Positions 1-11,040 of a DNA stretch of 64,000 nt are shown piece after piece. How positions within the stretch are numbered: position 1 is the stretch's first letter; the number at the start of each line of letters is the position of its first letter. Below the pieces are notes generated by a model. It was not told where the DNA came from. It made no database searches and was given only the letters and a program-made list of their open reading frames with translations. The translations under genes were made by a program, and so were the position numbers. This DNA comes from Camelus dromedarius. Lineage: Eukaryota. The stretch is taken from the NCBI RefSeq assembly GCF_036321535.1, contig NC_087472.1, forward strand, positions 91,576,001 to 91,640,000. The letters are read 5' to 3'.

Positions 1-1024
1 GGGACCTAAGCTTTGACAAAGATAGTTACAGGTTTGTACACGTTTATATGAAAGATCTTATGAAGCTATATGATGTAAAGTACATTTAATGATATATTTA
101 GCAAGTCACCTTAATTAAAAAGAAAAGTAAAGTCAGATGAAATATGGCCCACTTGGAAGATAGTAAACATATGGTTCTGTAAAACATACTTTTTCTTCTT
201 TATAGCCAGATCTTTTTGATGCTCTCAGGTCCAGCCTTTACCCTTACTAATACAGTCACAATCCTTATTTAGCTAAGGACTTGGAAGCCATTTCATGCTT
301 CAGTGCAGAGAGGTAATTAATGTTAGGATTCTGACATTTAAAAACACACATAGAGGTTTTAATATCGTTGATGTAATTACAGTGTTTTAAGTGGTTATTT
401 CTTTCTTACCTCCACAATGCAATTGTAATAGAGCCTGATGCTACTATTATCATTGCTTTTTAAATTGTAAACAAGGGAATTGCCAATAAGGAAAATGAAT
501 CCTAATTCAAATTAGGCATAACATGTAGAATATTAAAATACAAGAAACCTTGCTTCCTTTGCCTTCCTTCTTATGATTACTTTTAATTAGCCCCCAAACC
601 ATTCATACATGTATCTGGTTAAATACTATAAATTATTTATTTGGGCATCCTATAGGGGACATTTAAACAGTGGATGAATGATAAATCCCTTCTAATCAAC
701 TTGATGACTGATTGAATCTGTGGTTCCATAACTAACTTGAGAATGGTCCTTCTCACTGGCCATACCAAACAAACAAAATGAAACTAAGTTCACTGTTTTG
801 TAGACAGTCTCATTATTTAGTCTTACAATCATTAACACAGTATTATGAGGTCTGTATGCAGACTGTAGATATTCATATGTGAACTCGTTCACTTTTAGGA
901 GGTAAGGCATATTCTCTTCACCACGGTTCACACTTCTACTTATTGTCTTTTTTTTTAAATTGATTCATCATAAGCTTTATTTATCACTGAGACCCAGTTA
1001 TAGGAGGGGGTTATTTTAATGTTC

Positions 1025-1097
1025 CTTTTTATTATTATTGAAGTACAGTCAGTTTACAATGTGTCAATTTCTGGTGTACAACATAATAGTTTAGTTA
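1025..1097 (-). mobile_element. Short L1 3' terminus
   Basis: ttattgaagtacagtcagtttacaatgtgtcaatttctggtgtaca is the reverse complement of the L1 3' ends at ~7950-8000 and ~25880-25925. Confidence 0.7.
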
Positions 1098-1263
1098 CTG
1101 TCTTATATATGTTCTATTTTACTCACATGTTATCTTCTGGACTTCTAGGATCATATAAGTTTACTACTCTTGATTGAGAGAATGAAAACATATACATGTT
1201 ATATTGGCCATTATATTAAAAGAAAACTTTGGACACCTAAATTAGATTACTCACACATGTGAA

Positions 1264-1842
1264 TGTGCCAGTTAATCATTTCTTGACTCTTTGCCCCAGA
1301 TCCTCCATTCTTTGCCTTGGTTTGTGATATCAGAGACACACCCTATAAACATTTCTTTTTTTGCCAGTGGCACAATATTGATTTCAACAAAAGAAAAACC
1401 TTAAAGGACATGACCAGGCAGTGGCAGCAGGAAGACACTTTCCCTCCAGGTCCAGTCCTCCTTGCTTATAGTTCTGCACAGGTGCCTGGTGGCTCTCAGC
1501 TATCAGCTCTAGCCAGTTTCACTCTCAGGCCACACCCTCCCCACTCAGTGGCCCACTTGCTGTGATCTGTGCCCTCTAGCAAGTTTCTTTGACCAAGAAG
1601 AATGCCTGTTCCTGCCCTCTTCTAAGAGGTCCGAACCTCAGTCTCTGGAGGACCCTCTGCTATTGTCAACTCTCCGCACCCTAGGTATTGTCATTGTTTT
1701 AGAACTTGAGACTCCTTAGAGTCTTCTTTTACCCCGCTTAGTGTTTAACTCTCTTTTATTCATTATTAAATCTTAATGTTAATCTTCTCTATTTAAATCA
1801 GTGGTGCTGTTTCTCTTTCCTCACTAGACCCAGACTGATTTA
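1264..1842 (+). mobile_element. ERVL-type solo LTR (LTR33-like)
   Basis: TGTGCCAG start, ATTAAA, and a 3' end ...gtttctctttcctcactagacccagactgat resembling the LTR33 terminus. Confidence 0.5.
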
Positions 1843-2574
1843 ATGAGCAACTCAAGTCTAGGGAATTTTATTCTAGATAAGATGCACCAAAAACTCTTAG
1901 AGACAAGTTCACAGAGTTTTCTAGGAAATAGACATTGAAGCATGATCTACTGTGTGCCAAGTTTCAATTCTGTGTGCATAAATTGAGGTCTACTTCTTTA
2001 AATGTTATTTGATATCAATAAACTTTAATGAATACTAAAAGGCTGACTTTCTCATTAGGAGAAAGCTAAAAACCAGGACCATGAATTTTCAGCCTAGGCT
2101 ATCTGAAAGTATGCTGAGTAATGATTTGAAGAAAAGTCAATCAGCAAGGCTGTACAAAAGGTACATAGAAAACCATGTAGGTGGGGCCCTTCCCTCAGTC
2201 ATCATTTAATCCATCTGCCAACAAAATGCCAGGAAGTTACAACTGGGTGGATTGGGTGTCCTTTGTTCTCAAAACGTTTTTTTTTCTCTTTGTATGTAGG
2301 TAAGGATTTGCAGATCAATAATCATTTTGATTTCAGCATACAATTACATTCTCTTTGCTTGAGTTCCTGTGAGTTATGCTCAAGGCTTCCTGCTCTGATG
2401 CCACTGTGTATTTGTTTTTCTACTCTGATTTTAGTGCATGTTGATGACAAGTTAAATTATGAAAAAACTCAGTCTTTAATTCCATCAAGATGTGGTTGCC
2501 AAAGAAAGGTAAAGATGCGAATTAGGTGGTACTAGGAACCTTGAGCCTCACTCTACAGGAGAGCACTCTAATAC

Positions 2575-2575
<1 letters not shown>

Positions 2576-2613
<38 letters not shown>
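2576..2613. repeat. (TG)n microsatellite
   Basis: Read directly from the sequence. Confidence 0.97.
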
Positions 2614-2614
<1 letters not shown>

Positions 2615-3737
2615 TGGAGGGAGTCTGGGCATGGTACAAGGATGTGTGAAAGACAGCCCTGTAAACTCATCTGCTGACAGTTCATGTGAAGACTTGACTA
2701 GAAAATTTCCATTAGTACGACCAATGATATAAACACATTTTAACAAATGGTAAAACTGCTTTCCACATTAAGATAGCCATTTATACCAAGTGTTTCATCC
2801 CTCAGAATGGTAGGGGTTTTGTGAGCTCAGGCAAGGGCTTTAAGGTCAGCAAGTAATTAAAGCAAGTAACTTTAGCATTCAGTTCAATCTAAATAATATA
2901 TATTAGTCTCTATAATGTGCAACCTACTGTGCCCTCAAGAAGGGTAGACAGTTCATCCTGAAGTATCCCACTATTAATGCTTTACACCTAAACAATAATC
3001 CACAATTACTGCATTTTCACTGTGGTTGGGTTAGAAATGAGCCATTTTCCTTTAAACTTTCCTTATTCTTCCCTCTGCAGTGCACCTCCAATTTTTTATC
3101 AGTGATTTTACTCTAGCTAAGGGCAAAGTAAAACAGAAAGTTGAATAATTCTGAAAATGTATATTAAAAAGTTTGACTATTTGTTTGAAAATATTCAGAT
3201 AATTTTCTCACACCTATTTTTGTCTCACCAGTAGATGGATGCCCTTCATTAACAGTGAAATGGCATGCTAGGCCACTGAGACTGAATCACTTTGACCATG
3301 CTGTGTTGATAGCATTTTTACCATCATCAGCTCCTTCTTCATAGAGAACATTTATTTACTTAAAAAACACTTACTTAGCATGTATATGCCAGACATCAAT
3401 ATGCCCAAGGTTAGATTATTTGCCCAAGCCTGAGGAGGCAAAATCCTGAGAGAGGCCTTTCATTGTTTAATAACTCTTTCTTTCAAAATACAGATGTACA
3501 AAAGTTAAGTGAAAGTTGTCTCTTTCCTGTAGGCACCCTACAGTATTCCAGAGGTATTCATTTCATTTATCAGATTAAAATGTAAATTAGAGGACTTTAA
3601 GTAGTTCTTAGGGACTTTAGGAATGGCAAGGCTTTAAGGTTTCTTATTCTGGAAATGTACGAGTCACCAATTCAGATCATCAGAAAAAATTCAGCCTCAT
3701 CTTTGGGATATCTGTACCCACTTATAAAAGACAAGTC

Positions 3738-3771
3738 GAATCTCATGCTCCACCTACTGAGCTAGCCAGGC
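3738..3771 (-). pseudogene. 5' half of tRNA-Lys(CTT), retroposed fragment
   Basis: GCCTGGCTAGCTCAGTAGGTGGAGCATGAGATTC matches tRNA-Lys-CTT nt 1-34 (GCCCGGCTAGCTCAGTCGGTAGAGCATGAGACTC, as recalled) at 30/34 positions and stops in the anticodon loop. Confidence 0.75.
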
Positions 3772-3774
3772 AGC

Positions 3775-4362
3775 TGTCCATTGACCAATGAATAGATAAA
3801 GAAATACATACAGTGGAATATTATTCAGCCTTAAAAAAGAAGGAAATCCTGCCACTTGTGACAATGTGGATGAACCTGGAGGACGTTATGATAAGTGAAA
3901 TAAGCCAGTCACAGAAGGACAAATACTGCAGAAGTCCACTTATAAGAGGGATCTAAAATAGTCAAACCCATAGGAGCAGAGAGTAGAACAGTGGTTACCA
4001 GGAGCTGGGGGAGGAGATAATAGGGAGTTGTTTAATTGATATAAAGGTTCAGATTTGCAAGATGAATTAAATCTAGAGATCCGCTGTACAGCATAGTGCC
4101 TATAGTCACAGTATTATGTTGTGCACTTAAACATGTGTTGAAGATAGATCTCATGTTAAATGTTCTCACCACAAAACCAAAACCAAAAACAAACAAAAAA
4201 TCCCAAAGGGTTCCCCAAGGAAACTTTTGGAGGTGACGGATATGTCTATTATTACCTTGATTGTGGTGATGGTTTCACAGGTGTATGCAGATGTCAAAAC
4301 TCATCAAATTGAGTACATTGAGTTTATGAAATATCTGCATTTTTTTGTGTGTGTATAAAACC
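3775..4362 (+). mobile_element. 5'-truncated L1 (L1MA/MB-like 3' end)
   Basis: Contains tgtccattgac..gaatattattcagccttaaaaaagaaggaaatcctgcc..gtgaaataagccagtcacagaaggacaaatactgc..gtggttaccaggagctgggg, typical of the L1 ORF2 end and 3'UTR. Confidence 0.85.
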
Positions 4363-5544
4363 AAAAAGAAGTCAAAACGCAAATCAACAAACATTTCCAA
4401 CCACCAGCTATTTGTTGCAGTTGAGGTCATTTAAATATTTTAAAAGTTCTCACATTTTCTAAGGAATTCTACTTTTTGAGTCTTTTCTCATGTTGCCTCT
4501 ATCTTCTCAAAGTTCCATCTGATAGTTGAAATTCTGTCTACTTTTTAAGGCCATTTCAAATAATTCTTTCTCCAGGAAACTATTTTATTTGTCAAATCAA
4601 GATAAGTTCTCCTCTGCAATACTTCCTAACTTTTGTTTTTTAAAGTTTTATAACATCAAAAAGTACCATCAGCATGAACAACCACCTGCCTCTATGATTT
4701 TTTGTTTAGTTTTCACTAACATATTAGGAAGACTTCATGTTTAGTTTCATTAATGAAAGGGGGGTGGGAAGATTGCTCAAATTATACTTCCTGAAAGATA
4801 AATACAATTTCTCTATCAAATAACTCCAATAATGAGGCCTAAACTATCATAGGAAAGTCATAAAAGGAAAGTGAAAAATCTCAGAAATTTATATGTGAAA
4901 TTGCACCCTGCTTCCCCAGCAGGTTTGGAGCACCTGTCTCAGGAATCCTTCCCTACCTAGACTGTGGAGAGGTTTGATGGGGCTGCAGAGCAAGGAATCC
5001 TTCCCCTTCCTCGTGGTGACAGTCTTCCCCGCCCCTCTTCTTAATAGTGGCAGCTGCCAGGCATCCCAGTGGAAATCTCTCAAATCTTTTCAGGACGCTG
5101 AGGGCAGGCAGCAGCTGAAAGCAGTCCGGGTGGGGAATCTTTCCTTCCCTGGGACAGAGACTACAGCCTCACGGCTGCCTCCAGTCCTGCAAGCTCTCTG
5201 GCACGTCAAGGTTCCAGGATGTCTTTCTTCAAGTCCAAGAAGACACCTTGGCAACACAGGGCGGTTTCCCTCTGCTCCAGGTGACCCTGCGGTAACCCCC
5301 CACAGCTCCCCATGGAACCTCAGGTGCCTGATAGAGCCTCTCCACCTCCCAGATCTACTTTTTTTCATTTTCTTTTCTCTAAGTATGGGGATTTACATCA
5401 AGTAAGAGTTAAACTAAGGGAGAACAGACAGAAACTTCGCCCGTTATGATGTTGATGCGGGGGAGAGGAAGAATTAAATAAATTACAATTTAATAAAATT
5501 TCTTCTGGAAAAAAAAAAAAACACGTACGGTTGAAGCAGAAACG

Positions 5545-5942
5545 TGTTGGGTTGGTAGGCCAGCACCAGTTCCCTCTCTCTAAAAGCACCCAACAGTTTT
5601 TTGAGGAATTACTTCTTCCTTACTGAATACAGTCTGGTGGGCTATGAACAATGTCTCTGTGCTCCCTCAGCTAAGGGGCGGGCACGTGACCCAATCCAAA
5701 CCAGTCAATTTGGGGCAGAGAAATAAAGATTAACGATGGTTATAATTTCATTCCTCCCTTGTGTGGGAGATGGGGGTAGGGATGTTCTGGCTTAACTGCT
5801 GACTCCTGCTTGGCAGCTTGAAAGCCTGGATTCTGGCCCATTTCAAAACCCAGCCCCTGACAGTTTTCCACATAAACTCTGTTTAACTTCAGCAAAATGG
5901 GGTTACTTTTGTTGCTTAAAACCAAAGAAACTTCATTATATA
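5545..5942 (+). mobile_element. ERVL LTR16-like solo LTR
   Basis: Contains ggggcgggcacgtgacccaa and a terminal ttttgttgcttaaaaccaaagaaacttcattata motif typical of the LTR16 family. Confidence 0.5.
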
Positions 5943-6761
5943 GTGGTGTAACTCAGAAAAATAAGCCATAGATGAATACTGATGTCTCAAGTATATTAAG
6001 CCCTTATTACCTGGTCCATGGTTTGCCTGACAATGTAACAAGATTAAGCACCAAATATGTCAACATTAAGTATATGAGGGAATCTGCTTGTTTTTGTATC
6101 CTTCACAGAAAAAAAAACCTGCAGCATTTGAAAATACTTTGTTCACTTCAAAGAGATCTGACAAACAGTGCTTTGGAATGGTTCTAAACCTCAGGCATAA
6201 ACAAACTAAATGACGAAAACATGAATTCCTTCTCTTCTCCTTTAGATAAGATTGCTTGCAGTAATAAACACTAGTGTAACCAGGGATATAGTCAGCCATT
6301 TGCTGTCTGAATGGAAGACCAGAACAATTTGTTTCATATAAAATTTACACTATTAGTTAGAAAATTTGTAGTACTGTGAAAAGATTATTTACTTTAAAAC
6401 ATTTATTTATAGGTGAGAATAATGTACACACTAACAATTTTGGAATGGATTCACTTATTAATGTACTTTATCATGTAGAAGTTTGAATGCCAGTGTGCTT
6501 TTCTGTACATGACCTATGACTGAAGTTTCTTTGCTGTTTCAAGAAAGATAGGGGCCTAAATGAGCAAAAAAATAAATGAATAAATAAACCATATTGAGAA
6601 TATGGTAGCATCACTACATAAGTCCATACAGTGAAAGTCAACTATAGTAAATGTTACTCTTAAAGGTTTTGGAGGGAAGTCTCTTTGGAGATGGTGTTGC
6701 CTGTCTCTATAGTGAGTTGAACACTAGTTTGTCCTGTAGTATTAGAATAGATTGCTTTTTC

Positions 6762-6865
6762 CCTTTTTCTTTTTACACTTTTTCTTAAATGGAGGTACTG
6801 GAGACTGAACCCAGGACCTCATGCATGCTAAGCTTGTGCTCTACCACTGAGCTATTACCCTCCCC
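6762..6865 (-). mobile_element. Vic-1-type camelid tRNA-Ala-derived SINE
   Basis: Minus strand reads GGGGAGGGTAATAGCTCAGTGGTAGAGC...CCTGGGTTCAGTCTCCAGTACCTCCA plus an A-rich tail, with A and B boxes. Degenerate TSD ag(a/g)ttgctttttc. Confidence 0.85.
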
Positions 6866-7409
6866 TCAGGTTGCTTTTTCTTAGGGGAACACCAGATTAA
6901 ACAGTTTTTTCATGCTTCAGGCTCATGTTTCACAAAAAAGAAAAAGGCTTTTATAAAATACTAGAATCATATCCACTGAGACCAGAAGCTCCCAACTGTC
7001 ACAGCTACTGAGAACAGAGACTGAGAAAGAAGATTCAACTGTCTGATCTCATGCTAACTCCCAGGCTTAAGACAGCTAGAATTTCCTACATATTGAAATT
7101 TTGGCAAGCTGACTTTTCAAAAGCTGCATATGTGGTTGATATGACTCTACTGTACACTAGTGAATTATCCTTATGGCAGACTTAAAGTCAGCTGAAGTCA
7201 GCTTTAGTTGCACTTTCCTTTGTTTTATAACTTCATCTTGTGATTTAGCTCATTAGCTGATAATCAGCTGGTAATTTGCCATCCAAAGATAGTTAATAAT
7301 AGCTACCAGTATAGGTAACGTGCAAGGTTCTTAACAAACTTTATCAAATTTAACCCTAAAATGTGGATACTATTATTTTCATTGTATATACTTTAAAAGA
7401 AAAGGAAGA

Positions 7410-8270
7410 TTCAAACAACAACAATAAAAATAAATGAACATAGCAGCACTATTTACAATAGCCAAGACATGGAAACAACCTAAATGTCCATCAACAGATG
7501 AGTGGATAAAAAAGATGTAGTATATATATATAATGGAATACTACTCAGCCATAAAAAGAATAAAATAATGCCATTTGCTACAACATGGATGGACTGGAGA
7601 TCATTATTCTAAGTGAAGGAAGCCAGAAAGAGAGAAAAATACCATATGATATCACTCATATGTGGAATCTTAAAAAAAAGACACAAATGAACTTATTTAC
7701 AAAACAGAAACAGACTCACAGTCATAGAAAACAAACTTATAGTAACTGGGGGGAACGGGGTGGGAAGGGATAAATTGGGAGTCTGAGATTTGCAGATACT
7801 AACTAATACATATAAAATGGATAAACAACAACTTCATACTGTATGTATCAGAGGAAGCCCAGGGAACTATATTCAATATCTTATAGTAATCTATAATGAA
7901 AAAGAATATGAAAAGTAAAATACATATGTATATGTATGACAAACATTATGCCGTACACTAGAAATTGACACATTGTAAACTGACTATAACTTAATAAAAA
8001 TTTTTTTAATGAACAGACCAAACGAAAACAAACACATAGATACAGGGTACAGAGTAGTGGTTACCAGAGGAGAAGGAGTGGAAATTGGGGGGTGCAAAAT
8101 GGGTAAGGGTGTATCAAATGTATGGTGATGGATGGAAACTGAATTTTTGGTGCTGAGCACACTGTAGTGTATACAGAACTAGAAATATATTGTTGTACAC
8201 ATGAAACTTATATAATATTATAAACCAATATTATAAACCAATATTACCTCAATTGAAACAACAAAAAAAG
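7410..8270 (+). mobile_element. Nested L1 3' ends (younger L1 at 7441-8007 inside an older L1 3'UTR)
   Basis: Inner L1 ORF2 end and 3'UTR flanked by AATGAACA (7433-7440, 8008-8015). The host L1 continues with aaacacatagatacagggtacagagtagtggttaccagagg. Confidence 0.85.
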
Positions 8271-8274
8271 GAAG

Positions 8275-8690
8275 GCTCAGAGAAACCTGTCCGAGGTCAC
8301 AGAGACAGTAAGTGACTGAGATCTTATATACATGTAGACTCCAAAATTGTTCTTTATCCTTTACCATGTTACCTTCGTACAAACAGCCATCAATAATTTC
8401 ATTTTAGAGCTGGGAGTCTATTCAGATACAGTTAAGTATAATAGATAATAGAATAAGCTTTAGACCCAGACAGCTTGGGCTTTATTCCTGTTATCCTCTT
8501 AGTTGAGGGTGACCCTGGGAAAGTAAGGTAACTTCACCTCTCTGTGACTCAGTTTCCTCATATGCAAAGTGGGGATAATAACAGAAATGATCTCATAGAG
8601 GTGTTGTGAAGATCAAACGTGTAAATGCACAGAAAGCTTTTGGAATAGTGTTTGGCAGACAAGTGCTCCATTGCTTTATAAATGTTGGGT
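8275..8690. mobile_element. MIR SINE fragments
   Basis: aggctcagagaaacctgtccgaggtcacag (minus) and the MIR core cacctctctgtgactcagtttcctcatatgcaaagtggggataataacag (plus). Confidence 0.75.
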
Positions 8691-8929
8691 ATTAATATTC
8701 CATATGTAACTGCTGGTGATATGATTCCCCTTGTCAGTTTTGATCAGGTCTAGGATTCTGAGAGCACTGTTTTTAAACTGTATGGTGTTGCTTCTGTAAG
8801 ACCGCTTACTGATCAGTTAGTATTAATTATGTGGCCAACATCAAATTGGGCAGATGCAGGATAAAAAGCAGTGTAGGATAGTTTCACTCTCAATAAAGAA
8901 TTTCTAGCTGGAGTCAAGTTTTAAAGAAA

Positions 8930-9215
8930 AAGTCACACTCACAGATGTATATGGTTATCAAATGGGAAAGAGACGGGAGGGATAAATTAAGAGTTTGAGA
9001 TTAACAGATAGACACACTACTATTATAAGATAGATAAACAATAACGATTTACTGTATAGCACAGGGGACTATATTCAATATCTTGTAATAACCTATAATA
9101 GAAAAGAATCTGAAAAAGAATTCTATATATGCACATATATATCTGAATCACTTTGCTGTACACCAGAATCTAACACAACATTGTAAATCAACTGTACTTC
9201 AGTAGTTTTTTAAAA
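8930..9215 (+). mobile_element. L1 3'UTR fragment
   Basis: Contains actgtatagcacaggggactatattcaatatcttgtaataacctataat. Confidence 0.85.
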
Positions 9216-9379
9216 AGTGGCAGCTAAATGGCTGAAGCTAAATGGATGACTGGTTGCCCACAAGGAGGCCTCACACGATGGAAGGGATTGGGTGGTTTCA
9301 TAATTGCCCAGCCCCTGGCCCTCTTCATTGCAGGCTCAGCAATCCAAGTTCCTTGGTGCTGCTTCTAGTTATCTACCCC

Positions 9380-9845
9380 TGCCTAAAAGACATCATCTCA
9401 AAGCTTAATGGCTTCAACCAACAATAGTCATTTATTCTCTCTCACGGTTTCTGTGCACTGGGAATTGGGGCTCAGCTGGGTGGCGGTTCTATCTTGGTGT
9501 TTCTCACGTGCTTGCAGTCAGTCAGGATGAAGCAGGAACAGGGTGTGCGGTCTGGAGTGGCAGAGGCATTTCACTCTCTTCATCTAGTCTCAGGCCTTCT
9601 CCATGTGGCCTCTCCAACCGGGTAGCCTCAGGGTAGCCAGATTTCTTACTTGATGTTCGGGGATCCAAAGGGTGAGTATCTCCAGAGAAATAGGCAGAAG
9701 CCTTTCCTCAGACACCAGAGTCACATCTATCTATTCGTCAAGGCAATGACAAAAGCCTGCCCAGTTTCAGCTGGAGAGTACGTAGGCCCCACCTCTCAAT
9801 GAGAAGAAAGTCAAAGCATTTGCACTAATGTTTCAAATGGCCCCA
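9380..9845 (-). mobile_element. MaLR (MLT1-type) solo LTR
   Basis: Contains aaagcttaatggcttcaaccaacaatagtcatttattctctctcacggtttctgtg...ctccatgtggcctctcca. Confidence 0.65.
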
Positions 9846-10779
9846 GTGCTTCAGAGCTCTTTGTATCCAGGATGTATCTAAAATTTACAGGGCTATCACA
9901 TAAAATTGGAAAGCTAATTTATAGTTAGAAATAAAATTGCCAAGCAGATCACATACTGAAGCCAGCTTGACACGCCCTTTTTAACATAGTAGACAGGCTA
10001 TGCTAGATGCCAAAATATCAGAATGTCAAGTGCTGAGTATAGAAAGAGACAAGGAGAATAAAAAGTTTGAAAAGTTTAATATCACCAGGAGTTTATCTCC
10101 TCACTGTTAGGGAGATCATGTTGGCATGACTGGGCTTGTTGTCCCAGACAGTATTGCATTGATGGTGCCAACATTTGCTGTCCTCTCCTTACCTAAAATT
10201 TTCGTTGCTAATTATATTTTCACTAAATTGAACATTTTTATAACATTAATATGATATGCACTATGTTTTGCTGTCCTGGGATGAGTGTCTGTTTAACATG
10301 ACTTTCCAAATTTTTGTGCTTAGAGGACAATCTTACTTATGTAACAGGTATGAATTTCAACCTAAAATTTTGTTGTTCAAGAAATAGCCACTTGTTTATT
10401 TCTTTAAATCAAATTGAAATGGTCCCCAAGTGCTAAACCCACAGGGCCAGTGAAATATTCAATTCTAATCATTCTTCAGACTTCTCTTTTCCCAGTGTTG
10501 GCCCCAAATCCTGGGTCTAACGGTGACTTCTGAGCCGCTCATGGTCCTAATGCCCCTCTCTGGTACTTCTTTGCTATGCTTGAACACAGGAATCTTCAGC
10601 AAGGCTCACAGAGCTCAAGTCTAGCCTCACCTGTGTTCTTGCTAAGTAACTGGAAAATTGCTGCCAAATGGTGTGCTGATCCTGGATGTGAGCATGACAA
10701 CCATGAAAGTTGGAAAAGTCACAAAAATATACTTTCCAATTACTCTCCATATATCTGCAATTTCACACTCCTTTAAAAA

Positions 10780-11040
10780 ATTTTTTATTGAAGTAACATT
10801 GGTTTATAGCATTATGTAAGTTTCATGTGTACATTATGCTTCTAATTCTATATATACTAAAACATGCTCACCACCAAAAATTTAGTTTCCATCCATAGCC
10901 ATGCACTTGATCTCCTTTACCCATTTCACCCCCACCCCGCCCCTTACCCTCTCGTAACCACTACTCTGTACTCTACATCTACGTGTTTGTTTTTATTTGG
11001 TTTGGTTTGTCCATTTATTTTGCTTGTTTGTTTGTCTGTC
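10780..11040 (-). mobile_element. L1 3' end
   Basis: Contains ttttttattgaagtaacattggtttatagcattatgtaagtttcatgtgtaca, antisense of the older L1 3' end at 8160-8260. Confidence 0.8.

Noticed and set aside
4974..5405. 143-aa ORF
   Set aside because: No recognisable domain and no supported exon structure; chance ORF in GC-richer DNA.
6790..6865. Possible tRNA-Ala genes (also 38089-38166)
   Set aside because: A-rich tails, TSDs and mismatched stems identify them as tRNA-derived SINEs.
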